Of a stretch of 64,000 bases of DNA, positions 9,720 through 19,460 are shown piece after piece (position 1 is the stretch's first letter; every line of letters starts with the position of its first letter). Where the stretch lies: the NCBI GenBank assembly GCA_963820525.1, contig CAWGAA010000001.1, positions 864,001 through 928,000 of the forward strand, read 5' to 3'. Under the pieces are notes generated by a model that was not told where the DNA came from, did no database searches, and was given only the letters and a program-made list of their open reading frames with translations. Made by a program: the position numbers and the translations under genes. Source of the stretch: an uncultured Spirochaetota bacterium (GTDB lineage: Bacteria > Spirochaetota > Spirochaetia > SZUA-6 > Fen-1364).

Positions 9720-11717
9720 TTGGAGTTTCGCGGCGCCGCCGCCGATGAGAAAAGGGCAAGGCGAGGGTCACGATTGTACGGTCTGTATCGAAAAGCGCTC
9801 GAGATCTACAAGAATCAGTCTCACCTCAGGCTCGTTCGACCGGACGAGCTGGAAGAGGAGCGTCCCGAGGGCGCGCAGGAGCCCGACGAGATCTCCATTT
9901 CGCCCGAGGAAAAGGAAAAGATCGTTGCGCGGATCGACAGGATCATGGAGCGGAGCAGGATCGAGATCTCGCCCGAAACCCTGGCATATACCCCGAAGCG
10001 AAGCGGCGCAATCCTTCCCCTGATCTCGAACATTTCGCTCTTCGCGGCGGTCGTCGTGGTCGTGGTTGTCACGGGGAGCTTTCTCAACCGTCGTGAGCAG
10101 TCTATGGCGAGCGGTCAAGAGACGATCCTGACAGCGGAGAGCAAGCTGATCGCGGCCTTGAAGCAGGAATCCGCCCAACAGCTCCAGCAGAAGGACCGCG
10201 CCATCGTCGAGATCCAGCAGAAGCTTCAGACCATCAGCAAGGAGCGGGAGCAGCTTCGAAGCCAGACGGATTCCCAGATCCAGGCCAGGGCAAAGGAGCT
10301 CACCGCGGATCTCGAGCGGCAGCTTGCGGAGGAAAAGAATCGCCTCGAGGCCCAGGGAGTGAGCGCCGCCGAGGCGAAAAACCGCCTGTCACAGTTCGAG
10401 CAGACGGCCAGACAAAAATACGCGGACGATCTGGCGGCAGCGCGCCGCCAGGCGGAAGCTGCGCTGGCCGACAAGGAGCGGCAGATCTCATCGCTTTCCG
10501 CACAGTACGACCGGCAGCTGGCCGCCGCTCAAGCGGACAGGGTGAAGCTCCAAGAGGAGCTCGCGCAGAAGGAAGCACAGCTCCAGAGCCAGTACCAGCA
10601 GCGCGCGCAGGCGCTGGAGAGCGAGCGCGCGAAAGCGACGAGCGAGCTGGATCGGGTGCGCAGGCAGCAGGAGGAAGAGAACCTCGTTCTCGACCAGATC
10701 ACCTCAGGCTACCTGAGCGTGAACCGCGCCCTTTCGGCATCGGACTACGCCCTTGCGGCGAAGAACCTCGATGCCCTGAAGCAGCTCCTCGACCAGCCCG
10801 CGGTAGCCCTCATCCCCGCCGTTTCGAAAAGGCGCTCCGTGGAGCTCTTCCTCATCGGGTCACTCGATGAGCTCATCAGGGCGCGCGCGACGAGTTCACC
10901 TCAGACCGCTCCCGCGCCCGCCGAGACCTCTATCCAGCTTCAAAGCGTATCGAACCTCGTCGAGCGCGGCGACAGGCTCTCCCAGGCCGGGGACCTCGCC
11001 GCCGCGAGAGAGGCATATCTTTCCGCGCTGGGAATGATTCCCGCAATCAGCCATGGGTATGGAAAAATCGAAGAGATCAGAAAGACCCTCGAAGAGGGGA
11101 GCGACAAAAGGGCCCTGGAAGGCATCAAGCAGGGGAACTCGTTCCTGCAGGCCGGAAACTTCCTCAGCGCCTTGGATCGCTATCGGGCTTCCCTGAGCCT
11201 TCTCGTGAAAGACGAGGGGATCTCGCGCCAGCTCACGGACAACATCATGAACATCGGCTACAAAATACTGGCGGCCGATGAGCTTGCCCAGCTGAAACAG
11301 CTTCGTTCCGACGCTCAGAGGCGGCAGGCCGTGCTCTCCCGGATCCGCGAGCTCAAGGACCGCTCTGGCGCCGCTTCACGGCCAACGACGGCCCCCACGG
11401 CTCTCCAGACCCCCTCCCCCGAATCCCTGGCCGCCCTCCTTCAGGCCAAGATAACGGTGCGCCTCCTCCTCGATTCAGAGCCCCTCAAGTCCCAGTACCC
11501 CGGATTGGGAACGACGCTGGATCAGTATTTCTCCGCGCTAGCCACTCAGAGCCAGGCGGATGGCCGCGGCGAGGTACTCAAGGACGTGAACTCGCTCCTG
11601 GACGCGCTGGCATCGAGCCGGAAGCCGGCGAACGCCGAGCTGGCAAAGTACATGTCCTCAAGCCAGGCCGACCCGCTTGCATCGATGCTCGAACGGCTGC
11701 AGGCACTGCTGCAATAG
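9720..11717 (+). CDS. Hypothetical single-TM, long coiled-coil/TPR-like protein
   Basis: 665-aa ORF with one hydrophobic segment (LFAAVVVVVVVTG), an extended Q/E/A-rich heptad region and TPR-like helices. Confidence 0.75.
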   Translation: MEFRGAAADEKRARRGSRLYGLYRKALEIYKNQSHLRLVRPDELEEERPEGAQEPDEISISPEEKEKIVARIDRIMERSRIEISPETLAYTPKRSGAILPLISNISLFAAVVVVVVVTGSFLNRREQSMASGQETILTAESKLIAALKQESAQQLQQKDRAIVEIQQKLQTISKEREQLRSQTDSQIQARAKELTADLERQLAEEKNRLEAQGVSAAEAKNRLSQFEQTARQKYADDLAAARRQAEAALADKERQISSLSAQYDRQLAAAQADRVKLQEELAQKEAQLQSQYQQRAQALESERAKATSELDRVRRQQEEENLVLDQITSGYLSVNRALSASDYALAAKNLDALKQLLDQPAVALIPAVSKRRSVELFLIGSLDELIRARATSSPQTAPAPAETSIQLQSVSNLVERGDRLSQAGDLAAAREAYLSALGMIPAISHGYGKIEEIRKTLEEGSDKRALEGIKQGNSFLQAGNFLSALDRYRASLSLLVKDEGISRQLTDNIMNIGYKILAADELAQLKQLRSDAQRRQAVLSRIRELKDRSGAASRPTTAPTALQTPSPESLAALLQAKITVRLLLDSEPLKSQYPGLGTTLDQYFSALATQSQADGRGEVLKDVNSLLDALASSRKPANAELAKYMSSSQADPLASMLERLQALLQ

Positions 11718-11733
11718 CGCGAGTGACACGACA

Positions 11734-13188
11734 TCAATTGGCTGAAATCGTCAGGGCATAATTGCCGACATTCACCAAGCTGGAGTTGTTGATATCTATC
11801 CACTGCTGCGTGGCAAGAGGCGGCCCTTGCCAGACCAGGATGGCCGAGGTTCCGCCCGTGACGCTTGCCGTTCCCTGGAACACGTTCGCAGCCGTCATGG
11901 ACCGAAGCATGACGTTCTGAGCGCCGATCCACACCATCGAAAAAGTAATACCGATTGCGGTTCCTGTGTTGAAGGCAATAACGTCATCGCTCTCCGACCC
12001 TGTCAGAGTGCCGGTGACCTGGATGCTCATGCCGGGCTGGAGCGTGACCCCGGTGTCGAATGGGTTGCTCAGAGCCAGTATATCATCATGCAATCCGGCG
12101 CTTTCATCGAATATCCCCACGGCCTGGGAAACGGAGAAGTTTGTGTTGTTCGCTGTTGCCGTTTCGTCGGCGGCGCTCACCGTGACCATGAGACAATAGT
12201 TGCCGAAACGCAGGGGCCAGCTTCCGTTGACTGCGATGGGTGCGGATGAAGCTCCCGCCGCCAAGGGCCCTGTAATGCCGGAGGCAACGAATGTGTCATC
12301 GGATCCAAGAGTTCCGTCAATTGAAGCGAAGGCGGTCCAGGAGACCGGCTGCGAGCCGGCTTGCGCGCTCCCCGAGTTCTGCAAGGTGAAGCTTCCGGTG
12401 ACAGGGCCTCCTACCGAAGTTCCGCCGCCGGTGATGTTTACCGTTGCCACCGTGTAATCCGGGGCGGATGCTGTAAAAGCGATCGAAGGGCCGGAATAGA
12501 TGTTGTCACCAGGGTTCAGGTCATCGCCTGCAGATATCATGACATACGCGTACTGCGTTCCGACTGCCAGCGGCCAGTTCCCTGTCGGGGTGATTGTTGC
12601 GGTAATACCCGCGCCGAGCTGCGTCGATGTTCCTTGGGCGAGAACCGTCGCGCCGCTTGTCAAAGTTGCGCTTGCCGAAAGGAAGACCCACCACGAGATC
12701 TGCCGAGTGCCGGCGGCGGTGCCGTGGTTTCGGATGGTGAAGTCGCATCCGCTGATGGCGGTGCCTCCCACCGCGTTTGCGGGAAATGTCGATGCGCTCA
12801 CGTCGTAGTCCACATTTGTGACAGCGCTGATCACGTTCACCGTGGCGCTGCTCGTGGCTGCCGACGCGTCCTGCACCTGGATGACATCCACGGTGCCGAC
12901 CGTAGATCCCGCGGTATACAGGCCGCTTGAGGGATCAACCGCGGGACTTCCCGAGCCGGCGGCGGTGATTGAAAAGACGTAGGGCGGCACCCCCCCGTGA
13001 GCGACGAACGTTACGCCCCCATTCACGTTCAGGCTGACGGACGGCGGGCTGATCACGAGCGGATCTATCTTGTTTCCCAGGAGTGAATAGAAGTTGAAGT
13101 TTTCGCAGCCGGACAGAATGAGAAGACCGGCCATGATGAGCGGCCGGAGATGGCGGCCGCCGCTTCGTTTCATCAATGCGCTCCTCAT
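11734..13188 (-). CDS. Lipoprotein with Ig/CARDB-like domains
   Basis: Lipobox LILSGC; T/S/G-rich beta-sandwich repeats (FTIRNHGT, FTLQNSGS, DLNPGDN). Start overlaps the upstream stop (ATGA). Confidence 0.75.
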   Translation of the reverse strand: MRSALMKRSGGRHLRPLIMAGLLILSGCENFNFYSLLGNKIDPLVISPPSVSLNVNGGVTFVAHGGVPPYVFSITAAGSGSPAVDPSSGLYTAGSTVGTVDVIQVQDASAATSSATVNVISAVTNVDYDVSASTFPANAVGGTAISGCDFTIRNHGTAAGTRQISWWVFLSASATLTSGATVLAQGTSTQLGAGITATITPTGNWPLAVGTQYAYVMISAGDDLNPGDNIYSGPSIAFTASAPDYTVATVNITGGGTSVGGPVTGSFTLQNSGSAQAGSQPVSWTAFASIDGTLGSDDTFVASGITGPLAAGASSAPIAVNGSWPLRFGNYCLMVTVSAADETATANNTNFSVSQAVGIFDESAGLHDDILALSNPFDTGVTLQPGMSIQVTGTLTGSESDDVIAFNTGTAIGITFSMVWIGAQNVMLRSMTAANVFQGTASVTGGTSAILVWQGPPLATQQWIDINNSSLVNVGNYALTISAN

Positions 13189-14306
13189 GGTCTCACCGTC
13201 ACGCCCAGGGAGGGAGAGACGCCCATTATCATGTAGGGCATCTCGAAGTACACCTCATAGTCTACCCCCAGGCCAATTGACAATCCAGGAAGAACGAGAA
13301 GCTCGGTCCCGATGCCGATGGCCGCATACGGCAGGATTTTCATGTAGGACCCGTGGATCTGCGTCGCCATGACGATAAGGGCGGGACCTCCCGTCAGGTG
13401 GATGAACGGTATCAAGGGCGCACGCAGGTCCAGCTCGTAGCGGAGATCGAGTCCCAATGGGATGAAGAAGTTGTTGGAGGCTTCTACTGCCCCCTGCGCG
13501 CGAAAGTAATCCATGAGGCCGTAGAGGCCGATTCCAATCCTCGCATCCGACGTGCTGAAAAGGTAGCTGCCGAGTACCGACGGCCGGTACCCGACGGTAA
13601 AATAGGAGGCGGATGCGCCGATTGGCAGGAATGTGGCGAATCCGCTGGAAAAAAGGAGGCCGGACCCGGCCGGGGGGCTCACCTGAGGCAACGCCGCGGC
13701 CTTCGGCGGCTGGGCAGCGGCGGCCTTTTCGGCCGCGGGAGAATTCGAGGAGGAGTCCTCCAGCGGCGTATCTGCGGGCCTGGTGTCCTTTGCGAGTGAT
13801 GCCCTCTTGGCGGCAAGCTCCGAGACCCTGTCACCAACCTGGCCCAACAGATCGTCGATTGCCTGCAAAACAAGGGTGTCGAACTGCAGGTCCCCCTGCC
13901 CCACCTTTTGCGCAGATGCGGTCAAGACGCCCGTCTTGGCTTCGAACCATTGCAGGGAAACAGATATATCCGGGCCGGCCAGTACGTAGCGGCAGATGAG
14001 GGCTATCGATGCTCGGGCGCCCACCGCTTTGGATACCAGGTCCTTGTCATTCAATCCGGCCCGAGCCACCGAAGGATCTTTGATGAAGGCTATCTCAAGT
14101 CCACGTCGTTCTAGGCCATACTTCACGACATCGGCCACGACCTGCCGAAACGCCTCTCCGCGGGTATCCATGGGGATCACGATAGCCTGGACATCTGCCG
14201 TCGGCTGTGCCGCCTGCCCTTCCACGGCCCAGAGCGATACACCCTGGAAGATTGAAAAGGACGCCACTAGAGCGAGCACGGCAATGCGTCGTATGGACAT
14301 TCTCAT
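13185..14306 (-). CDS. Secreted hypothetical protein with probable C-terminal outer-membrane beta-barrel
   Basis: Signal peptide, P/A linker and alternating aromatic beta-strands in the C-terminal part. Confidence 0.65.
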   Translation of the reverse strand: MRMSIRRIAVLALVASFSIFQGVSLWAVEGQAAQPTADVQAIVIPMDTRGEAFRQVVADVVKYGLERRGLEIAFIKDPSVARAGLNDKDLVSKAVGARASIALICRYVLAGPDISVSLQWFEAKTGVLTASAQKVGQGDLQFDTLVLQAIDDLLGQVGDRVSELAAKRASLAKDTRPADTPLEDSSSNSPAAEKAAAAQPPKAAALPQVSPPAGSGLLFSSGFATFLPIGASASYFTVGYRPSVLGSYLFSTSDARIGIGLYGLMDYFRAQGAVEASNNFFIPLGLDLRYELDLRAPLIPFIHLTGGPALIVMATQIHGSYMKILPYAAIGIGTELLVLPGLSIGLGVDYEVYFEMPYMIMGVSPSLGVTVRP

Positions 14307-14413
14307 GGTGCGTTTCCCGAATCCACGTATGCGAAAGTATATCACGCCCGAGCAGGCGCAACGGGACATCGTAGCTTATTGCGAGGCGATCATCAAGGAT
14401 TCGGCCGGGCCCG

Positions 14414-14552
14414 CTACTCGAACCGCCCGCAATAGCGCTCCACCCTTTCCGCGATTTGGAAAAGCTCGGGTGTCACTTCCAAGGTCTGCTGGAAGAGAGC
14501 GCGAAGATCATTGGAGGTTCTCCTGCAAAATGCGAAGCGCATCTGCCTTCAT
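14414..14552 (-). pseudogene. Internally deleted HEPN-type toxin remnant
   Basis: ATG overlaps the MNT stop (ATGA) and gives MKADALRILQENL. It joins out of frame to NDLRALFQQTLEVTPELFQIAERVERYCGRFE*, which resembles a HEPN C-terminal helix. No RxxxxH core is present. Confidence 0.55.
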
Positions 14553-14836
14553 TGGAGCGGCACTCCCGATCTTCTCGCCAGTTTCACAAGGGGCGTATCG
14601 GTCTCACCCATAGAGATGAGAATGTCGATTCTCTGTTCTCCTATCGCATCGCATATGCTTCTTCTGATCAACCTCTTCTCCTCGAGGCCGATTGAGTCGG
14701 AGATTACAAGCAGGTCGATATCCCCTCCCCTCTTGGCATCGTCCGTGCGGGAACCAAAAAGAAAAATCCTGGCTCGAGGATCGAACCGCCGAACCGCCGT
14801 CAGGATGACCTTTTTTTCGCTATCGGAGAGCCTCAC
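14549..14836 (-). CDS. Minimal nucleotidyltransferase (MNT) antitoxin
   Basis: IFLFGSRTDDAKRGGDIDLLV matches the GS-x10-DxD MNT motif; 95 aa. Confidence 0.85.
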   Translation of the reverse strand: MRLSDSEKKVILTAVRRFDPRARIFLFGSRTDDAKRGGDIDLLVISDSIGLEEKRLIRRSICDAIGEQRIDILISMGETDTPLVKLARRSGVPLQ

Positions 14837-14921
14837 AAACTCATGGTATGGCTATCCCCATTCCCGGTCAAGCTCTCGCGGACTCTTCCTCATTCGCTGC
14901 CGGATGATGTACAATGGTAAT

Positions 14922-16922
14922 ATGCTACGGGATAATGTCTCATACCCGATTCTTCAACATCCCTCGATCCTGCTCTTGGAGGTGGATATATCCGAGCTCA
15001 CAGCGGGCCTTGACAGGCTGAAATCAGAAGGCGTCTTGGATTGTTCAAAGTACCTGGATCTTCATCCGCAATTCATAGCAGAAGCTGTTCATAACATCCG
15101 GATTGTCGATGCCAATGACGCAACCCTCCGGCTCTTCGGCGCGGAGCGCATGGAGCAGCTCTTGGGCCCCCTGGACGCGATTCTGGATCCCGGCGCGATA
15201 GCCTACTTCAAAGACCTCATTATTTCACTTTTCGGGGGCCGCAGGTTTCACAAGATGGAGATCGCAGTGCGAACCCTCCAAGGCAAGAATCTTGACGTCC
15301 TTGCAAGCTCCTCTATCCCTGCAGAAGACGGCTCATCGGCACACATGCTGGTGCACGTTATCGACATCAGCGAGCGAAAAGGCGCAGAGATGGCTTTGCT
15401 GGAGGAGAAATTGTTCTCCGATGCCGTCATCGCCAGCGCGCCGGGGATTTTCTTCGTTATCGATGAGCAGGGGCATTTTGTCAGGTGGAACAGGAACGAG
15501 GAAGAGGTGACGGGATACTCCAGGGACGAGCTGCTGAAGGTGCACGCGCTGGATACGATCGCCCCCGAAGACAGGGCCTCGGTAGCGGAAGGAATGAGGG
15601 AAGTCTTTGAAAAAGGCAGCACTGCCCGGGAAATTCGCGGCCTGGGCAAGGCGGGCAATACGCGTCTCACCCTGCTCTCAGGTGTGCGAGCCGAGATCGG
15701 GGGAAGGAAATACATCGTCGGGATGGGAAGCGATCTCACCGAGCGTACCCGCGCCGAAGAGGAGAGGAGGTCTCTCAGCGAGCAGCTCGCCCAGGCTCAA
15801 AAGATGGAATCCATCGGGCGGCTGGCCGGCGGCATCGCTCACGACTTCAACAATCTCCTCACCGGAATCATGGGCAACATCTCCCTCGTCCTTTCAGACC
15901 TCGACTCACGCGATGCCCGCTATCCTGCCCTTGCCGACGCCGAAAAAGCCGCCCAGAGCGCCAGAGAGCTGACGCGGCAGCTCCTTGCCTTCTCGCGCAA
16001 GGATATCGTCGAGCCGAAGGTGACCGATCTGAACGCCTTGATAGAAGGCATGCTGCGTATGCTGGAACGGATTATCGGCGCGGGCATCGAGCTTCGCGCG
16101 ATTACACAGCCGGACCTCTGGAACGTGAGGGTGGATCAAGGCCAAGTGAACCAGATCATCGTGAACCTGGTGGTGAACGCCCGCGACGCGATGCCCCACG
16201 GGGGGCGGCTGACCATCGAGACGAGGAACGTCACGCTTGTCGGGGGGGGACACGGCGCGCGGGCCATGGCGGAGCCGGGAAATTACGTCATGCTGGAAGT
16301 GAGCGATACGGGTACCGGTATGACGGATGAGGTGAAAAGCCACATCTTCGAGCCGTTCTTCACGACGAAGGAGAGGGGGAAAGGCACGGGGTTGGGTTTG
16401 GCGATGGTGTACGGGGCCGTTCGGCAGAATTGCGGGATAATCGAGGCGGATTCCGAGGTGGGACGCGGGGCGGCATTCCGGATGCTGTTCCCGCGCGTCA
16501 ATGAAGAGGTTGAGGCGATTACACAAAGAGCCGCAAGCGATGAAGTTGTCGGGGGAACGGAAACCATCCTGCTGGTCGAGGACGAACCCCTGGTGAACAG
16601 CCTCGCCGCCCGGCTCCTGACAAAGCTCGGCTACACGGTGATCTCGTGCCCGGACTGGAGGAAAGCCCTGGCTGCTTCACGCGCGTATGACGGCCGGATT
16701 CAGCTCCTTATCACGGACACGGTCATGCCGGGGATGAGCGGTAAGATGCTCGCGGCCGAGCTCCTGCGGGAGCGGCCGGAAATGCGAGTCCTTTTCACCT
16801 CAGGGTATCCCGAGGAGCTGGTCGGCGAAAATGGAATGCGCGAAGGCGGCTTCGCCTTTATCGGCAAGCCGTTCACGATCCAGGCTCTGGGGCAGAAGGT
16901 GCGAGAGGTCTTGGAGAGCTGA
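14922..16922 (+). CDS. PAS-domain hybrid sensor histidine kinase/response regulator (CckA-like architecture)
   Basis: Two PAS domains, AGGIAHDFNNLL H-box, NLVVNARDAM, FEPFFTTK..GTGLGL and a C-terminal receiver domain. Start codon uncertain. Confidence 0.9.
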   Translation: MLRDNVSYPILQHPSILLLEVDISELTAGLDRLKSEGVLDCSKYLDLHPQFIAEAVHNIRIVDANDATLRLFGAERMEQLLGPLDAILDPGAIAYFKDLIISLFGGRRFHKMEIAVRTLQGKNLDVLASSSIPAEDGSSAHMLVHVIDISERKGAEMALLEEKLFSDAVIASAPGIFFVIDEQGHFVRWNRNEEEVTGYSRDELLKVHALDTIAPEDRASVAEGMREVFEKGSTAREIRGLGKAGNTRLTLLSGVRAEIGGRKYIVGMGSDLTERTRAEEERRSLSEQLAQAQKMESIGRLAGGIAHDFNNLLTGIMGNISLVLSDLDSRDARYPALADAEKAAQSARELTRQLLAFSRKDIVEPKVTDLNALIEGMLRMLERIIGAGIELRAITQPDLWNVRVDQGQVNQIIVNLVVNARDAMPHGGRLTIETRNVTLVGGGHGARAMAEPGNYVMLEVSDTGTGMTDEVKSHIFEPFFTTKERGKGTGLGLAMVYGAVRQNCGIIEADSEVGRGAAFRMLFPRVNEEVEAITQRAASDEVVGGTETILLVEDEPLVNSLAARLLTKLGYTVISCPDWRKALAASRAYDGRIQLLITDTVMPGMSGKMLAAELLRERPEMRVLFTSGYPEELVGENGMREGGFAFIGKPFTIQALGQKVREVLES

Positions 16923-16932
16923 GTAATTCCGC

Positions 16933-17361
16933 TCAGCTTTTTTCTCCCAATATGCTTGCGCTTAGATATTGGATAGGATCAGTAACAAGCAGTCGTCCTT
17001 TGGGATAATCTCTGATATTTCTCGTAATAAGTGTGTTTATGCCATTCTGGATTGCGCAATGAAACTGGATGCTGTCCTCGAAATCCTTGTGCGGGGATGA
17101 AAGAGCGGCATCCACCGTGGATTCGTTTATGGGAGCTATGGCTACCAGCTTCCGGAGTCTCCGCACTTTATCAATTGCGTATTGTCGACTCTCAACCTTG
17201 GCAAGAATATAATAGACGTTTGCCACAACCAGTGCCGAGGTGTAGCATTTCGTTTTGCTTCGCTTCAATTGGGTAAAAAGCCGCAGAGCCAGATTGTGAT
17301 GCGGTTGACGTTGCACATAGAAGTCAAGCACCACGTCCGCATCAAGAAATACCCTATTCAT
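16933..17361 (-). CDS. PIN-domain (VapC-like) toxin
   Basis: VFLDADVVLD, DFEDSIQ and ITRNIRDY motifs. Confidence 0.88.
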   Translation of the reverse strand: MNRVFLDADVVLDFYVQRQPHHNLALRLFTQLKRSKTKCYTSALVVANVYYILAKVESRQYAIDKVRRLRKLVAIAPINESTVDAALSSPHKDFEDSIQFHCAIQNGINTLITRNIRDYPKGRLLVTDPIQYLSASILGEKS

Positions 17362-17605
17362 GCAGGTACTTATCTTTCAGATAGCGGTATTTCGGTTCCT
17401 TTAGATTAGGGATCTTTTCCACAGGGATCTGACCGGACGCCTCAAATACTTCCGGATCAATTTCCGGCAACTCGGCTTCCTGGCTCGAGATGAAATTCAG
17501 ATAGTTTGTTACGATTTCGGAGAGGCTCTTCTTGTGGGTCCGAGCATAATGCTTAGCCCTCTGAACGATCCGCTTTTCGACGCTCAGCGTAAGTTTTGTG
17601 GTCAT
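17354..17605 (-). CDS. DUF6364-like RHH antitoxin
   Basis: MTTKLTLSVEKRIVQRAKHYA...SLSEIVTNYL; overlaps the PIN gene start. Confidence 0.8.
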   Translation of the reverse strand: MTTKLTLSVEKRIVQRAKHYARTHKKSLSEIVTNYLNFISSQEAELPEIDPEVFEASGQIPVEKIPNLKEPKYRYLKDKYLHE

Positions 17606-17684
17606 TGCCTTCTCCCATACGTATATGTGTACTGCCTTTTGTACGTATCGTCAAGAGTACCGTCCAGTAGGCTGAATGGGCCGC

Positions 17685-19262
17685 TCAATGCAGCATCTTG
17701 TTGTACATCTCAATTGCTGTCAGCAGATAATCCGCGATCAGAACAAGGTCCACCGCAATCGTAATATAAGGGACCGTAATCTTCAGCTTTCGGCTCATAA
17801 TCCAGCGATACTTTCTTGTTTTTCTTGCCCGCTGCATCGCTAAGCCATATTCCGTTCGAATCTCCCATATCCGTTATTCCCCCACAGGCCTTTATGTAAT
17901 AGCTCAAATTCTCTCTATACCTGTGCGGGATGCTTCTCCGTGTCATGACTTCACCGCCGATGGTCACGAATTGATCGTCCATTGGTATGAGGATATGGTC
18001 ATCCGGCATGACCTCGAGAGCTTTGGCCTTTTCCGGGTTATGCCAGAGATCGTTGACATCGAAGCTGACTGTCTGGTTCTGGCTCGTGCGATAGATGGCG
18101 CATTTTTCTGGGATAGCATACGGCGTCGGGCCCCCGAGCGTTTGGAGCACGTAGTGCATTGTCATTCCCGAAAAATAAGGAAGGGACACTTTGATCGGTC
18201 CGGGGACCGTGAGAGCACCGGCATCTCCCGTAGCCGCAAAGACAGCGGATTGAGTTGCCTGCGGCACCTGGATCGATGAGCGGACGTCGTTTATCCTCCC
18301 GTAGAGGGCGCCTTCGACTATGACGGTCTTAGGGTTGGGGTTCGTAAGAAGGATCATTACCGTATCCCCATCGAGGAGACTGGATGACAGGACAGACGAC
18401 AGTTCCGATTGAATGAGGGCTGAATTCCCCTCCGGATCAAGTCTCCTGATTTCAATGAAACTCGGGGTCGAGCCTCTCTTTGCCCCCCCCCGCGAATGCA
18501 AGAAGACCCTGCACCGTCTCTCCGGGAAGTAACCTCGTAGTATCCGGGGAAAGCCACCTCGCCTGAAATGGAAACCTGTCTTTGGGCAAGAGGCACGTAT
18601 ATCGTGTCGCCTCGATGAAGGATAGGGTTATCTTCGTCGCTGCCGGATTGCGAGTACCTCGAAAGGTCTATGATTCTCGTCCCGTTCCTCGGATTGCGAA
18701 TTTCTATCTGCCGGTAGCTTCCCCTGGATGTCAGGCCGCCCGCAAGCGTTAGTGCCTCGCCAAGACGGGTGAGCGAGTTGACCAGCACCGGCCCAGGCTT
18801 GTTTACAGCTCCGATCGCGTGCGTCTCGAAGGTTGCAAGGGCAAGCGGCGTCAGATCCACGAAATCCAGCCGTTTCTTCTGCATAACGAGCCCAATGACC
18901 TTCTCCCGGAGCTCCGCATAGGTGACGCCTTTTGTATCAACCGTTCCGATTATGGGGATATCTATCTCGTTGTCTTCTTGAACCGTCACGGGATAAGAAT
19001 ATGAGGCAAGCTTGTCGTATACAATCGTAAACTGGTAGACGTCCCCTGGCGTTGCTGAATATGAAATGGTGCTCAGCAGGCTGTTCAGGCTCATTGGATT
19101 CGACTTGTCCACCACCGTCAGAGGGAGCCGTGCGCCGAGTTTTTCGATGCCTGCCTGAGAACTCGACGCGGGTTTGGGCGTGACGGTCTCATCCTGGCCA
19201 AAGAGCGATACAGAGAGGCTCAGGATGAGGGCGGTCAGTAATAATTCCTTTGCCTGTAGCAA
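17685..19262 (-). pseudogene. SLBB-domain polysaccharide export protein (Wza/KpsD-like), frameshifted
   Basis: Poly_export/SLBB motifs (IDIPIIG, GAVNKPG, LAGGLT..GSYRQI, GEVAFPGYYE) are split across ORFs 18357-19262 and 17710-18501. The C-terminal helix ITVPYITIAVDLVLIADYLL lies in another frame and ends at 17685. Confidence 0.75.
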
Positions 19263-19460
19263 TTTAATCTCCTTACTTTATGATATGCAAACTTGGTTCC
19301 TTCGAAAGTAAAGATAATATTGTGAATAGCTGAAGGCAAGTCGAGAGCCGATGCGCATGCCGGTGCCGACATCGTCGCGTGCATGAGTAGAGTGGGAGTG
19401 TGGAAAGGGTGAAGGTTTGGAGGTGAGAGGAGCTGGAATCAGCTCTCAGGCGGGAAAAGT

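Noticed and set aside
14511..14921. N-terminal extension of the 803-aa kinase ORF
   Set aside because: It is antisense to the MNT gene, which has the convincing motif.
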